DNA of 64,000 nt from Eledone cirrhosa (Eukaryota), in NCBI GenBank assembly GCA_964016885.1, contig OZ024760.1, positions 7,068,001 to 7,132,000 of the forward strand, given 5' to 3'. A program made the translations under genes and the position numbers. Under the pieces are notes generated by a model. It saw only the letters and a program-made list of their open reading frames with translations, ran no database searches and was not told the DNA's origin. Shown in pieces: positions 28,311 to 42,821 of the stretch; the stretch's first letter is position 1; each line of letters starts with the position of its first letter.

Positions 28311-29558
28311 AGAGAAGTACGGAATGCCTCGACCTCGGGATGGTGTATACATTTTGTGCTTATCAAAAATAATATTCGGTTAAAATATAACCAAATATAC
28401 ACCCCAATCCACTACCCCTACCCTATCCTCCCACTCCCACCAACACCACCCTCCCTCTATAAAGTTGGTACCACAACATCCAGTCCAAATAAATGAGATA
28501 ATGAGATCGAGATCATGTAGGTGTCACAACAAAAAAAACACAGTCCACGCTGTAATGTGGCCGTGTAGGTAACACGGTAAAAAGTTCCCAGTTCCACACT
28601 GTAAATGTGGTTGGTGTTAGGAAGGGCATCCAGCCGTAGAAAACCTGCCAGATAGTCCTATATGAGCGAGATACGGTCAGCCGACCAACCTTGCCTCAAG
28701 TGGGACAACTCCCGTCTAACCCATGCTAGCGTGGAAGATGGACGTTAGACAATGATGATGATGAACACCCCTAAAAAATGTTTTAATAGGTGCATTTCAT
28801 ATTAATAAAATGGAAGTTCTCTGATCATTATTTTACAAATGCATTTATCTTTTTAAAAAAATTCATATTAGTGGTGTGTGGGATTTAAAATTATGAATTT
28901 AATGGTCCTTGAGGTCTGAAAGGTTGGTAACCACTGATTTGGTGGACAATGTCTTGTTTCACTTGCTAACACTAATAGAATATATCTCTGGGGGAAATGC
29001 TCAGCCACTTGCAGGTTAGTTTTGTTGCTCAAACAGCTGGAGTACTCTGTGTTGGAATTGACAGACGTTCAACACAGACACATACACACATCACACAGAC
29101 ACCATACACACATCACACAGACACCATACACACATCACACAGACACCATACACACATCACACAGACACCATACACACATCACACAGACACCATACACACA
29201 TCACACATCACACAGACACCATACACACATCACACATCACACAGACACCATACACACATCACACATCACACAGACACCATACACACATCACACATCACAC
29301 AGACACCATACACACATCACACAGACACCATACACAAACACTCCACACATACATACCACATCACCCATACCCACCACATCACACATACACACCACACACA
29401 CCACACTACACACACATATACCACACTACACACACATACACCACACCGCACCATACATACACACCACACCACACACTACACATACCACACCACACGCACC
29501 ACACACGTTATGTTGTAGTATATTAATATTTTATTTTGTCATTGTTTCTATTCCAGAA

Positions 29559-29619
29559 ATGGCTGATGTTGTGCAAGCATTAATACAGAAGCTTGACTAT
29601 ACCTCTGATACAACTGCAG
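29559..29619 (+). CDS. Elovl2/5: Fatty acid elongase, coding exon 1 (MADVVQALIQKLDYTSDTTA, phase 1)
   Basis: Acceptor ttccag 2 nt before the ATG (aaATGg), donor gcag|gtaagt. The phase joins exon 2 to give the ELOVL-typical ADPRT..W motif. Implies an upstream non-coding exon. Confidence 0.8.
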
Positions 29620-30789
29620 GTAAGTTAACGAGGCACAAGTTATAAAAGTTTTGTTGCTTTCATAGAAAAAGAACTAAAAATGGAATGGTGTGGACATGTG
29701 GTTAGAATGTTCCTGGACAGATTTTCCAAGATGGAAGTGGTCAAAATAGGGTCTGCCTAAATTGGGAGATCACAGCTCCGATACTATGGACATGTGGTTA
29801 GAATGTCTCAGGAAAGAATCCCTGGGTGTAGCAGACCCAAGGGTAGACCCTGAGCAAGATGGTTGGATATCATCCATGAGCTTGGCTGGTCTCGCTTCGG
29901 GATCCAACCAGATCAGTTGGAGACGGTTACATCTGATAGGACCCGCTGGAGGGAGTGTTTGAGGACCCTGCCCCTACGAATCTCACAGGAATAAGTTTGG
30001 GTTGCTTCTGGTAGGACCTGCTGGAAGGAGTGTTTGAGGACGCTGCCCCCACGACACTCTCAGGAGTAAGTGGGTGAGGAAGAAGGTGAGCAGATATTTT
30101 ATTAGAATCTGAAGCTTCCTGAATTGTAAGTCTGGGTTTAACATTGCTGTCTTCTTCTTCGACAACATATTCCTGTGAGGGCTGTGGGGCCAGAGTCCTC
30201 AGATATGCCTTCCAGAATGTCCTATTAGAAGTAACCAAAGGTTGTTGGGGCAGAGACCTCAGGCACACCTTCCAGAGGGTCTTATCAAAAGTAACCGAGG
30301 GTTGTAGAGGCAGAGACTTCAGACATGCCATCCAAGGGTTGTGGGGACAAGAGGGTCCGGTCTTACCAGAAGCAGCCAAAGGTTGTGGAGGCAGTCCTTA
30401 GACACACCTTCCAGAGGGTCTTATCAAAAGTAACCGAGGGTTGTAGAGGCAGAGACTTCAGACATGCCATCCAAGGGTTGTGGGGACAAGAGGGTCCGGT
30501 CTTACCAGAAGCAGCCAAAGGTTGTGGAGGCAGTCCTTAGACACACCTTCCAGAGGGTCCTGTCAAGAGCAACTCTGTCTCCAAATGATCTGGCTGAATC
30601 CCCAAGTAAAATCAACCAAGCTCATATATGTTATCTGAATATCTTGCTTGTGGATTACCTCTAGCTCTCCAACCGTTTGGTTTTGCTCCTAAAATCTGTC
30701 CAGTGAATCTTTCCTTAGACATTCTGACCACACGTTCATAATATCTGAGCTGTGATATCTTGATGCAGTGAAGTAGTGGCACTATCTGT

Positions 30790-31075
30790 AGCGACTCTCC
30801 CTCCTCGCTCTCTTCAGCGACTCTCCCTCCTCGCTCTCTTCAGCGACTCTCCCTCCTCGCTCTCTTCAGCGACTCTCCCTCCTCGCTCTCTTCAGCGACT
30901 CTCCCTCCTCGCTCTCGTCAGCGACTCTCCCTCCTCGCTCTCTTCAGCGACTCTCCCTCCTCGCTCTCTTCAGCGACTCTCCCTCCTCGCTCTCTTCAGC
31001 GACTCTCCCTCCTCGCTCTCTTCAGCGACTCTCCCTCCTCGCTCTCTTCAGCGACTCTCCCTCCTCGCTCTCTTC
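30790..31075. repeat. 26-bp tandem minisatellite, about 11 copies
   Basis: Unit cagcgactctccctcctcgctctctt. Confidence 0.9.
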
Positions 31076-31222
31076 TCATCTCTCTCTCTCTCTTCTCATC
31101 TCTCTCTCTCTTCTAACATCTCCCCTCCTCTCTCTCTACCTCTACTCCTCTCTACCTCCACTAACTATTATTGTAAGTTGTCAGTAAACTTTAACACATG
31201 ACCTTCAGACATCAAACAAAGG

Positions 31223-31610
31223 ATGTTGTTGTTGTTGTTGTTGCTATTGCTGCTGCTGCTGCTATTGATGTTGCTGCTGCTATTGATGTTGCTGCTGCTG
31301 TTGATGCTGGTGCTGCTGTTGATGTTGCTGCTGCTATTGATGTTGCTGCTGCTATTGATGTTGCTGCTGCTATTGATGTTGCTGCTGCTGCTATTGATGT
31401 TGCTGCTGCTGCTATTGATGTTGCTGTTGATGTTGGTGTTGATGTTGCTGCTGCTATTGATGTTGGTGGTGTTGCTGCTGTTGATGTTGCTGCTGATGTT
31501 GGTGGTGTTGTTGGTGCTGCTGTTGATGTTGGTGCTGCTGCTGCTGTTGATGGTGGTGGTGGTGTTGTTGCTATTGATGTTGGTGGTGTTGTTGGTGTTG
31601 TTGTTGTTGC
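31223..31610. repeat. Mixed trinucleotide repeat (GCT/GTT/GAT/GGT)
   Basis: Direct reading; intronic. Confidence 0.9.
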
Positions 31611-32240
31611 CAATAAATTAAGGGGTTACTTGGGGGTTACTGTGTTGTTTGATACCTGCTCCCTTGTTGAGAGTGACCCCAAATAAATTAAGGGGTAACT
31701 AGGGGTTCAGTTTGTTACCTGGTCCCTTGTTGAGAGTGACCCCAAATAAATTAAGGGGTAACTAGGGGTTCAGTTTGTTACCTGCTCCCTTGTTGAGAGT
31801 GACCCCAAATAAATTAAGGGGTAACTAGGGGTTCAGTTTGTTACCTGCTCCCTTGTTGAGAGTGACCCCAAATAAATTAAGGGGTAACTAGGGGTTCAGT
31901 TTGTTACCTGGTCCCTTGTTGAGAGTGACCCCCCAATAAATTAAAGGGTTACTAGGGGGTTACTGTGTTTGTTACCTAATCCTTGTTGAGAGTAATCCCA
32001 ATAAATTAAGGGGTTACTAGTGGGTCACCTGTGTTGCTTTATACCTGCTCCCTTGTTGAGAGTGACCCCCAATAGATTAAAGGTTACCTGAGGGTCACCT
32101 GTGTTGTTTGTTACCTGCAGCTTTGTGGAGAGTGATACCCCCCCCCCCCCAATAAATTAAGGGGTTATTTGGGGGGGGTCACTGTGTTGCTTGTTACCTG
32201 CAGCTTTGTGGAAAGGGATTCCCCATAAATTAAGAGGTTA
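31610..32240. repeat. 63-bp tandem minisatellite, about 10 diverging copies
   Basis: aaataaattaagggg recurs at 31681, 31744, 31807, 31870 and onward. Confidence 0.9.
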
Positions 32241-32944
32241 CTTGGCAAAGGCAAAGTTAACATCGGCAGGATTTGAACTCGGGCCGTAAAGGGCCGTAAC
32301 TCTGCTGTAAAGCATGGCGTCCGATCCCCTACTGCCAATCCACTGCCCTTTCCCATATGCAATGCAGACAATACAGCTTATTGAAAGTTAGGTACACTTA
32401 ACACTACAGTTATAAATATATCTAATGCATCTTTTTAGTTGAGATATATTTCTTAAAATAACCCTGTAATCCCTTTTGCAGCGAGCTAACAATGTGCCTA
32501 ATAACTCTCTTTCTTTCCTCTTTCTCTTGTAGCTCTCTATCCTCTCTCTTTTCTCTATCCCCCTCTCTCTCTCTCCCTCCTCCATCTCTCTCAGCTCTCT
32601 CTAATTAAGACCTAACCTAAAAACATATCTTAACAAACGTTTTTCTTAGATCTTTTCAACTCATCAACAATTCAAGCTAAATTTAGGCAACAAAACAGGC
32701 AGTTTGTAGTTTTCATTTAGAGGGAAAATATCTCTAATGGATGTTTTGTATGACATATAATAGTTTGTGATGTTAATAAATGATATTATGTTGTCTTATT
32801 TATCTATCTATCTATTTATTTATTTATTTATCTATTTAGTTTTTTTTATTGAGAATCAATCAAATATTATTGACTTGTTTTTAAGACATTTTTGTTTATA
32901 TCTGACATTGTTTTTATGTTTGTTTTATCTTGTATTGTAGTCAA

Positions 32945-33835
32945 TAGATAAATAGATAGAGATGGATGGACAGATAGACAGACGGAGAGATAGACAGATA
33001 GAGATAGACAGATAGGGATGGGCAGATAGAGATGGACGGATAGATAGACAGACGGATAGATAGACAGACGGATAGATAGACAGATAGGGATGGGCAGATA
33101 GAGATGGACGGATAGATAGACAGACGGATAGATAGACAGATAGGGATGGGCAGATAGAGATGGACGGATAGATAGACAGACGGATAGATAGACAGATAGA
33201 GATGGGCAGATAGAGATGGGCAGATAGAGATGGACGGATAGATAGACAGACGGATAGATAGACAGACGGATAGATAGACAGATAGAGATGGGCAGATAGA
33301 GATGGACGGATAGATAGACAGACGGATAGATAGACAGATAGGGATGGGCAGATAGAGATGGGCAGATAGAGATGGGCGGATAGAGATGGATGGACAGATA
33401 GAGATGGGCAGATAGGGATGGACGGATGGGGATGGACGGATGGGGATGGACGGATGGGGATGGGGGGATGGGGATGGACGGATGGGGATGGGGGGATGGA
33501 CGGATGGGGATGGACGGATGGGGATGGGGGGATGGGGATGGGCGGATGGGGATGGACGGATGGGGATGGACGGATGGACGGATACGGATGGAGATGGACG
33601 GATGGAGATGGAGGGATGGACGGATGGACGGATGGGGATGGACGGATGGAGATGGATGGATGGAGATGGATGGATGGATGGATGGAGAGAGAGAGATAGA
33701 TGGATAAAGAGAGAGATAGGTCGAGAGATAAAGTGAAAAGAGGGATAGATAGAAAGACAGATGGAGAGATAGATAGATAGATGGAGAGATAGATAGATAG
33801 AGATAGTGAGAGAGGGAGAAAGAGATAGTGAGAGA
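32945..33835. repeat. Compound GATA/GACA/GGAT purine-rich satellite
   Basis: Direct reading; intronic. Confidence 0.9.
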
Positions 33836-34008
33836 TAAAAATATATATATAATACACACACTGTTGGCTTGAACCTAGAACCAAAGCTTTGTGAGAGATT
33901 TAAACAAATAGAACTTTGAGATTATAAACAAAACAAGTGTTTTTCTCATGAAATTTTGTCTTCTTTTTTGGGTTTGTTATTTTATTCTTCCTCCTTCTTC
34001 TTCTTCAG

Positions 34009-34199
34009 ATCCCCGGACAAAAGATTGGTTCTTCTTAGAAAGCAGCCCGTTGAAAGTATGGATGCTCACAGCAATGTACCTTCTCTTTGTTATATATGGA
34101 CCAAAATATATGAAAAATCGAAAACCTTTCGATATTCGTGGTTTCATGGTTCTCTATAATCTTGCAATGGTTGTTCTCTCTGTCTATATGTTTGTTGAA
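34009..34199 (+). CDS. Elovl2/5: Fatty acid elongase, coding exon 2
   Basis: ttcag| DPRTKDWFFLESSP...GPKYMKNRKPF...YNL...MFVE |gtgagt; 191 nt, phases 1/0. Confidence 0.95.
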
Positions 34200-34207
34200 G
34201 TGAGTAC

Positions 34208-34246
<39 letters not shown>

Positions 34247-35747
34247 GGGGTTGATAAAATAAAGTACCAGTAATACACTGAGATAATTGCTGGCCTTGTG
34301 CCAAAAGTAGAAACAATTATTATTATTTTCATTTGAAAAGGAAAATCAGGGTGAGAGGGAAGTGCTCCCTTCCCAACAATTTCTTGAAAGATGGGTGAGA
34401 GAGGCAAGCATGGTCCGAGTGAATGGCCCTACTCTGAGTATGTACCTGTAAATTGGTGGAAAACTGGGAAAGGGCACTTGCCCTGGTGATCAGGGTGACC
34501 ATGGCTTTTTTAAAGGGCTTTCTCCACAAGTGTCCCTCGGAAGTCTCCCCCCTATTGGGGAATTTTCCTTTGTTTTTTCTTTTCATGCAGAAATGCCCAT
34601 TTGTACCGTTCTGTACTGTCCTTAATGTTATACTTTGTCAACCCTTGTAGTTAATTAAGAAAACATTATTATTATTATTAGGGTGGTGGATTGGCATTAT
34701 CTGTAGAGCATCAGACACCATGCTTTGCAGCATAGAGTTGCGCCCCTTTACCTTCTGGGTTCAAATCCCACTGAGGTTAGCTTTGCCTTTCATCCTTACT
34801 GTGTCCCTAGGGTGACCTGTCCCCCCCCCCCCCCTGGTCTGACTGTTGAGGTCATCATTACAAGACTAGGGTGACCTGTGTCCCTGGTCTGACTGTTGAG
34901 ACCATCAAAAATGTTAATGGCTTGAAAAATGTTGGTTGTGTTAGGTTATGAATTTTACAGGGCTGTGGGTGGGCCCCATCGTGTACTGTTGTAGCTGTTG
35001 TATACAGATATTAACTCATCAATCCCATTGTTCTATTCTATGCATACAAAGCACATATTTCAAGAATATATATAGTTATAAATATTAGACGAGTGTGACG
35101 TCTTCTTCTTTCTCTCGAAATAAATGGCGTTCCTTTTCGCTCTCAATCTATGTACGCCACTTTTGCTTAGCGCTCCCCTGTCTCCCTATATAGATGAGGG
35201 CAACATCATAACTTTATGTCTATCTACCCCTTTCTGTCACCTCAAAAACACATAGTCTTCCTTTTTCTTTCTCTATCTATGTACATATCTCTTGCTTGGT
35301 GCTCCTCCTCTCTATATAAAGTAAGTGTGACAGACAGACAGCACTCATATTTTCGTATAGATTTTAACAAAAGATGTACCTTTGTTCACAGATGAGTTGT
35401 TTTGTCTTCTGTTAACAATATCCTCTCAACTCTCAGCCAGGTGAGATAATAGGGATTTGGTTCACTGCACACATACTTCCGAATCTAAATTCCAACAATG
35501 AACAATGAAAAACCATATACAAAGGTTTCAGATGAATAATTAATGTGATTTAATTTGATATGTCATAATTTGCAGATGATAATGTTGTTAAGTTGTTAAA
35601 GAAGTCAATCAATGGTTTAATACATGTATTGATGATAAGGAGAATGAGAAAGGAATTGGTGTCACTCAGTACAAACTACTTTGGTTTTCTCACCAATGTT
35701 TACATCTTTTGCCAATATGAAAGATTCATCCATCATCATCATTTTAA

Positions 35748-35963
35748 CCCTTTAGCATTTAAACCAGCCATATCCGGCTAGAAGTCTCTCCTCTTTCTGT
35801 TCTAACCAGCCATAACTGGCCACTCATACTGATGTTATTTATTTTAAGAACAATATCTTAACATCAAAATCTCATAGCTTTGATATTATGTGAGATATTA
35901 TGAGATAAAGCCTTTACCATGAAAATACAATAGTAAATAGAGAATGATGTAAATGCTAAAGGG
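35748..35963. mobile_element. piggyBac-type MITE, complete
   Basis: 14-bp TIR ccctttagcattta/taaatgctaaaggg flanked by TTAA on both sides. Relatives near 14145-14340, 22885-23100, 40875-41075 and 6200-6380. Confidence 0.85.
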
Positions 35964-36924
35964 TTAATGTCTGTTTTCCTTGCTGGCAAGGGTTATGTGG
36001 GTTGTCACAGACCGAGTCAGTACTGAAGCGGAGCTACTGACTTCGCAGATGGGTTGAAGGCTTGCATCTTGTTTACATACATGCTCAGACAGGCCAGGGG
36101 GCTTACATCTCACTTAAATACATTCCTGCGCTCTACTGAGTGCATTTTATCACGGTGCCAGGAGGTTGCCATGATTTTGACACACGGTCCTTTTGACCCT
36201 TTGTTTGGCAGATTTTCTATGGCTGGATGCCCTTCATCCATATATGTGTGAGTGCGTATGCAAAAGGTCAATGAGGAAAATCAACACAAGAGAATGATAC
36301 AGTACAATGATGATGATATATTAATTTAATGCTTGATAGAAAAGGAAGAAACAGAAAAAAAATTTTTTTTTCACAGGAGGAAAGCTCACGTGTCTTTAGT
36401 CCAATCTTTACACCTCCCCCACCCCAGTCCACACTGTAAAGTGTTCGTGTTGGTGACACAGCAAAAAGTGCCCAGTCCATCCTGTAAAGTGGTCATCTTG
36501 GTGCCACAATAAAAGACACCCAGTACACACTGTAAATGTGGCTGGCATTAGGCAGGGCAACCCAGCTGTTAGAAACCAAGCCAGAAACAGATCTGTATGA
36601 GTAAGACACAGTCATCTGATCTGGCTTGTCTCACAACGGGTCAACTCGTCTAACCCATGCTAATGTGGAAAAATGAACTGTAAATCGAATATATATCGAA
36701 ACAGAAAGAGCTCAGCCGTCGGGGTCTTGACTTTTTATATATATCATCGTCATTTCCATTTAGCATCAATTCTTCCATTCTTGCATGGGTTAGATGGGTC
36801 GTCAATGCTGAGAGGCAAGTCTGGCCATGTCGCACCTTGCTCTGGCGATGACTAAATTTGGCCGGGTATTTTACAGCTGGATGCCTATCCTAACACCAAC
36901 CATATATATATATATATATATATA

Positions 36925-37278
36925 TCATCATCATCATCATCATCATCATTTCATTTTACGTCCGCTTTTTCCCTGCTTGCAAGGGTGGGACGGGAACTGA
37001 TGGTGGCTTGATTTCTACAGCTGGATGCCCTTCCTAACACCAACCTCATTTACAGTGAGTGCTGGGTGCTTTTTTGCCGTGGCACCTCCACGACCACTTT
37101 GCAGTGGAATGATAAGGACCTCAGTCCCTATCATCTCATTTCTACAGCTGAGTAAACTGGAGCAATGTGAAATAAAGTGTCTTGCTCAAGGAAACAACAC
37201 ATCACCCGGTCTGAGAATTGAACTCACAACCTTTCAATTGCAAGGCCAATGCTCTAACCACTAATCCATGTGCCACCA
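36925..37278 (-). mobile_element. tRNA-derived SINE, antisense copy of 7256-7595
   Basis: The track ORFs 7269-7508(-) and 37025-37264(+) are nearly identical. Confidence 0.85.
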
Positions 37279-37358
37279 TAAATATATATATATATATGGA
37301 GAGCACCTTTTGATGGGACTAGACTTTATTTCAGTTGTTATATTTTGTCTATTTCCAG

Positions 37359-37445
37359 ATGATCTTAAGTACACAGGCCCTTGGATATACTGTTGTATGT
37401 GCCCCATATACGAAATCTAATGCTCAAAATCCTAAAGAAATGAGA
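37359..37445 (+). CDS. Elovl2/5: Fatty acid elongase, coding exon 3
   Basis: ttccag| MILSTQALGYTVVCAPYTKSNAQNPKEMR |gtaagt; 87 nt, phases 0/0; contains the ELOVL luminal GY..C.P...EMR segment. Confidence 0.92.
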
Positions 37446-38279
37446 GTAAGTATTTTTAATTCTATTTCCAATCAATACTTTATTATCTTTCTGTTGTGGT
37501 GAACAACCCTTTGGGCTTAAAGAAATGGACTCTGCGGACTATTATAAATAAGCAACATGTCTCGTTGCCAGGAGTTCTGTTGAAAGACTTGTTTTGTAGT
37601 CGGAAGTTATGCCTGACATAAAATCATTAGTACCCTCGCATCATAGAAAATATAACCAGTTCAAAGGGTTATAAATCTTTACTAATTGAGTTTGCAGCAA
37701 ACTAAAGCAAAGGCTTGAATTTTTAATGCAGTATAGTCATGGTGATGTTTTATACTTTTTAAAGATATCATGCTAATGTGGTTTGTTAATTTAAATATTT
37801 ATAGTATCTCTACTTGTTCATGCAGCAAGCTGGTAGAGTCGTTAGAACGTCGGATAGAATGCTTTGTAGTATTCATTTCGATCCCCTGCTTTCCGAGTTC
37901 AATTACTGCCCAGGTCAACTTCACCTTTCATCCTTTCGAGGTTGATAAAAAAAACAAGAACCAGTCAAGTACGTCAAGTACAAGGGTGCATTTTTTCCTC
38001 TGTATCTCTTTCTCGCTTGCATTCTCTCACTTTCTCTGGCAGGAATCTGCTGTATTCAAACCTGGTGAGATGGGCTCCGCCAGGTTTAAAAATGCCCTAG
38101 ATATGCTGTATGTCAATACAGCACCCCTATCACTTCATCAAGAGTTACGGCACTGTGCATATATGCATCTTTACTAGTTAGGACAATTTTTAATGCGATG
38201 CAGTCATAGTGATGTTTTGTACTTTTCAAGAATATGTGACTTATTTCTCCCTCATTCTCTCACTGTGTCTGTTTTTTAG

Positions 38280-38451
38280 CTTGCTCGAGTTCTTTGGTGG
38301 TATTACTTCTCCAAAGCTATTGAATTAATGGATACAGTGTTAATGATATTAAGGAAAAAGAATGATCAAGTTACATTCCTACATGTCTTCCATCATGCCA
38401 CAATGTTGAATATTTGGTGGTGGGTTATGATGTTTATTCCTGGTGGTCAGA
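38280..38451 (+). CDS. Elovl2/5: Fatty acid elongase, coding exon 4 (catalytic histidine box)
   Basis: ttttag| [57 protein letters not shown] |gtaagt. KxxExxDT and QxxFLHxxHH motifs present; MLNIWW resembles ELOVL5/2 rather than ELOVL4. Confidence 0.97.
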
Positions 38452-39394
38452 GTAAGTATTACTAACACTACTACTACTTCAATGCTTTAATTAACACTTT
38501 TCCTATCAAATCCTTGCTTCTATGGCACAAAGCTCTCTTTTAAAGTGTTGGTATTTCTCTAAATGACTTGCAAATCTATTTTCCATGCTTGCATGGGTTA
38601 GACAGGCTCTCACATTATGAAGCCAGACAAGTTGGGTGAGGTGATCATGTTTGGCTAATGCAATCCATTTTGGGGTCTGGTTTCCTACAGCTGGATGCCA
38701 TTCCTAATGCCAACCCCTAGTCTTCATTAAGACATCTCTCTAGGGGAAGGTCACTCTGATATAAAGCCTGCAACTTTGTTTGTATCCAATGATGTAGGCC
38801 AGTTCTTCTTTTTGGGGTAAATGCATTTGATGTTCAAAGAGTGGAACCTTTCCTCACTTAAAAAAGTTTCAAGCACAGGTATCACTTGATATGTGACATC
38901 TTTTGTGATGCATGGTATTGCTGGTGATAGGCAAGTCCCCAGCAGGATTAAAAGCCACGTCCGTGGTATTCATGCTTAAGTACCAAGTTGTGGCATTACA
39001 CAAAATCAAGTTGCAGCCATCATCTAGATAAGTGTTAGGAAATCTCTCCCATACACTTGGTGGAATGTGAGACCGTACGTAAGCGAGACACAGATTCCTG
39101 GCCAGTCTGGGAGATCAGTGTCTCTGCTTCACTACTAACTTGGTCGGTGTTGACATGTCAACCCTTGCTAGCAAGGAAAGCAGATATTAAAATGACAATG
39201 ATGATGATATATATAAACACAGTTTAACTTATGCCAAAACCTCCAAAAGAGGGGGAAGATGTTTCATATTTTAATGACAAAAATTTTCATTTTTTTCTTT
39301 TGGTTCTACATACATACATAAATACATACACATTTATACATATAATAATAAATATGTATGGATATATATGCATATGTATAACTATGTATACATT

Positions 39395-39693
39395 GAGGAT
39401 GAAAAACTCAGAGCTGTACGGGAGCCTCCCAAAAGTCAACTCAAAAGTGACACAGAGGAGACTGAGGTTAGCTGGACCTGCTCACCGACATCCAGAGTTG
39501 ACATTGCACTCGGTGCTCCTGTGGGAGCCCCCTACATGGACACACTGGAAGAGGAAGACCAAGGTTAACGTATGTTGATGCCCTAAGGACAGACACTGGT
39601 CTGTTGGAGACGCAGGACATGGCAGTGATAATGAGGGACAGAGACCGCTGGAGAGAACTCGTCCATGGATCTCGGGAATTTTACCCGCCCTAG
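39395..39693 (+). mobile_element. Short RTE-type LINE 3' fragment
   Basis: RRLRLAG..HRHPEL...GRPRLTY; copies at 43170-43436, 48830-49983 and 11335-11425. Confidence 0.75.
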
Positions 39694-39912
39694 AATATAT
39701 ATATATTGTGTGTATGTATATATATATGTGTATATATATATTGTGTGTATGTATATATATATATGTATATATATATTGTGTGTGTGTATATATATATATG
39801 TATATATAGTTTTATATATGTGTGTATATATATGTATATATATGTGTGTGTGTGTATATATATGTGTGTGTGTGTATATATATATGTATGTGTGTGTGTA
39901 TATATATATGTA

Positions 39913-39963
<51 letters not shown>

Positions 39964-40082
39964 ATATATGTGTGTGTGTGTGTATATATGTGTGTGTGTA
40001 TATATATGTGTATATATGTGTGTGTGTGTATATATATGTGTGTGTGTGTGTATATATATATGTATATATATGTGTGTGTGTG

Positions 40083-40137
<55 letters not shown>

Positions 40138-40270
40138 ATATATATGTGTGTGTGTATATATATATGTGTGTGTGTATATATATATGTGTGTGTGTATATA
40201 TATGTGTGTGTGTGTATATATGTATATATATGTGTGTGTGTGTATATATATGTATATATATGTGTGTGTG

Positions 40271-40301
<31 letters not shown>

Positions 40302-40334
40302 ATATATGTATATATATGTATATATAGTTATAAC

Positions 40335-40395
<61 letters not shown>

Positions 40396-40473
40396 ATATA
40401 TATGTATGTATGTATATAAGCTCCACATGTGTGCTCACATATAAATATTACATTATATTTTCCTTTGTTTCAG

Positions 40474-40598
40474 CTTGGTTTGGTGCTTGTTTAAACTGCT
40501 TTATCCATGTAGTAATGTACACATATTATGGCCTGTCTGCTATACCATCTTTAAAAAAGAAACTCTGGTGGAAAAAGTACATTACTAAATTGCAGCTG
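40474..40598 (+). CDS. Elovl2/5: Fatty acid elongase, coding exon 5
   Basis: ttcag| (T)[41 protein letters not shown] |gtatgt; NxxxHxxMYxYY and WWKKYIT motifs; 125 nt. Confidence 0.97.
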
Positions 40599-42075
40599 GT
40601 ATGTCTATCTATATATATATATCTATCTATTACTCACTTTGTTGTTCCTAAGTCCATTAATGTTGTAGATTTGTTATTTAAACCAGCCGTGGATGGTTTG
40701 GCAGTATCGGTAGAGTCGGACGCCATGCTTTCCAGCATAGTTACGTCCCTTTACGGTCTGAGTTCAAATCCCACCGAGGTTCACTTTGCCTTTCATCCTT
40801 ATGGGGTCGATAAAATAAAGTACCTGTAATGCACTGGGTAATTGATGGCCTTGTGCCAAAAGTAGAAACAGTTATTTAAACCAGCCATATCTGACCAGAA
40901 TACTCTCACATCTTTCTGTTAAAACCAGCCAGAACTGGCTGCTCATACTGATGTTAAGGTATTGTTCTCAAAATAGACAATATTAAAATCTCATAGATTC
41001 GATATCATGTGAGATAATTATGCCTTTACTGCGAAAATACAATAGTAAATATAGAGTAATGTAAAGGATAAAGGGGAGTTGATTGGCAGAATCGGTAGAG
41101 TGTCAGACAAAATGCTTTGTTGCACAGTTACAACCCTTTACATTCTGAGTTCCAATCCTGCAGAGGTTAACTTTGCCTTTCATCTTTACGAGGTCAATAA
41201 AATAAAGTACCAGTAATGCACTGGGGTTGATTTAATTGACTTTCTCCTCCCCTTCAAATTAATGGTCTTATGCCTAAAGTAGAAACAATTATTTAAAGGG
41301 TGGTGGCTTGGCAGAATTGGTAGAGCATCAGACACCATGCTTAGCGGCATACTTACAGCCCTTTGCATTCTGAGTTCAAATCCTGCTGAGGTTAACTTAG
41401 CCCTTCATCCTTACGGGGCCGATAATGCATTGAAGTTGACTTTCCCTTTCCCAAATATTGTTGGCCTTGTGCCTAAATCAGAAACCATTGTTTAAATGGT
41501 CTGAGTCCTTGCACTTGTACAATATCTCGGTCTGGCTGTCTGTATATATTTATTACTCAATTCGATTTTTGTGCCAACCCTTACCTATGGTCATGAATTT
41601 GGGGTAATGACCAAAAGAATACAATCGTGAATACAAGTGGCCGAAATGGGATTCCTCTGAAGGGTTTTTGGAGTAACGTTACTCGTTAAAGTGCATAGTT
41701 TGGAGATCAGAGAGACACTCCAGGTAGAGCCAGTATTTCTCTGAATTGAGAGATCACAGCTCCGATACTATGGGCATGTGGTTAGAATATCTCAGGGAAA
41801 GAATCGGTGGACAGATTTTACGGGCAAAACCAACCGACAGGGGACCCAGGGGTAGACTCCAAGGAAGATGGTTGGATAACATCCATAAGCTTGGCTGGTC
41901 ATGCTTGGGGGGATCCAGCCAGATCAGTTTGAGATGGTTGCTTCTGACAGGACTTGCTGGAGGGAGTGTTTGAGGACTCTGCCCCCATGACCCTCACAGG
42001 AATAAGTGGGCAAAGAAGAAGACTCTGTTGTTCCTAAGTTCTATAATGTTTTAGATTTATTATTTATTACATTCA

Positions 42076-42265
42076 GGTGGTGGATTGGCAGTATCGGTAG
42101 AGGGTCGGACGCCATGCTTTCCAGCATAGTTACGTCCCTTTACGATCTGAGTTCAAATCCCGCCGAGGTTGACTTTGCCTTTCATCCTTACGGGGTCGAT
42201 AAAATAAAGTACCAGTAATGCACTGGGTAATTGCTGGCCTTGTGCCTAAAGTAGAAACAATTATT
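42076..42265 (+). mobile_element. tRNA-related SINE (Nin-domain-like family), representative copy
   Basis: Many near-identical copies, e.g. 40688-40875, 56778-56968, 58432-58800 (minus, tandem) and 62455-62690. Confidence 0.8.
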
Positions 42266-42417
42266 TATTACATTCTTACACTATCCTGGATTTATTTACA
42301 CCACGGATTACACCTTGGGTGAACGGGTTCGTTCTATTTGTGGATTGTAGAAACACATTGAGCTTGAGAAATGTTTTTGGCATAACTTTACCAATTTTGA
42401 TCTGTCAAGTAATTACT

Positions 42418-42471
<54 letters not shown>

Positions 42472-42638
42472 TATATATATAATGGAACAAAGAATGAGTG
42501 TTACATCATATACATATTTAATTACATATTACATATGTTTCACTGTAGATCAGCTCAAGGAACGATCGATTAATAATTGATCCTGACTCTGGAATCGGAA
42601 GTTCCACAGATATGTGTTCACATGTAGACTCGCATCTA

Positions 42639-42704
<66 letters not shown>

Positions 42705-42765
42705 CCCAAGGCTCTGATACCATCAACACTATACACACAGAGCTGGCATATCTAAGAACTGACTA

Positions 42766-42821
42766 ACTGCCTGATGAGGTCATAGCCATTCAATGGCTAT
42801 CATCGAAATATATATAGCAGT
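42766..42821 (+). ncRNA. Type I hammerhead ribozyme motif, family D, sense within Elovl intron 5
   Basis: actgc CTGATGA ggt-c-atagccat-tca-atggctat-c-atc GAA ATATATAT A gcagt. Perfect 5-bp stem I; AUA triplet, predicted cut after 42816. Confidence 0.8.

Noticed and set aside
31198-31686. Ala/Thr-rich antifreeze- or mucin-like ORFs on both strands
   Set aside because: A trinucleotide repeat open in several frames, inside Elovl intron 1, with no splice or start context.
33948-34008. Signal-peptide-like N-terminus MKFCLLFWVCYF in the ORF track
   Set aside because: It is the intron 1 polypyrimidine tract read through into exon 2.
42808-42816. Idea that the UA-repeat stem III end left by cleavage primes insertion into (TA)n
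   Set aside because: Observed junctions with (TA)n lie 37-50 nt downstream of the cut, not at it.
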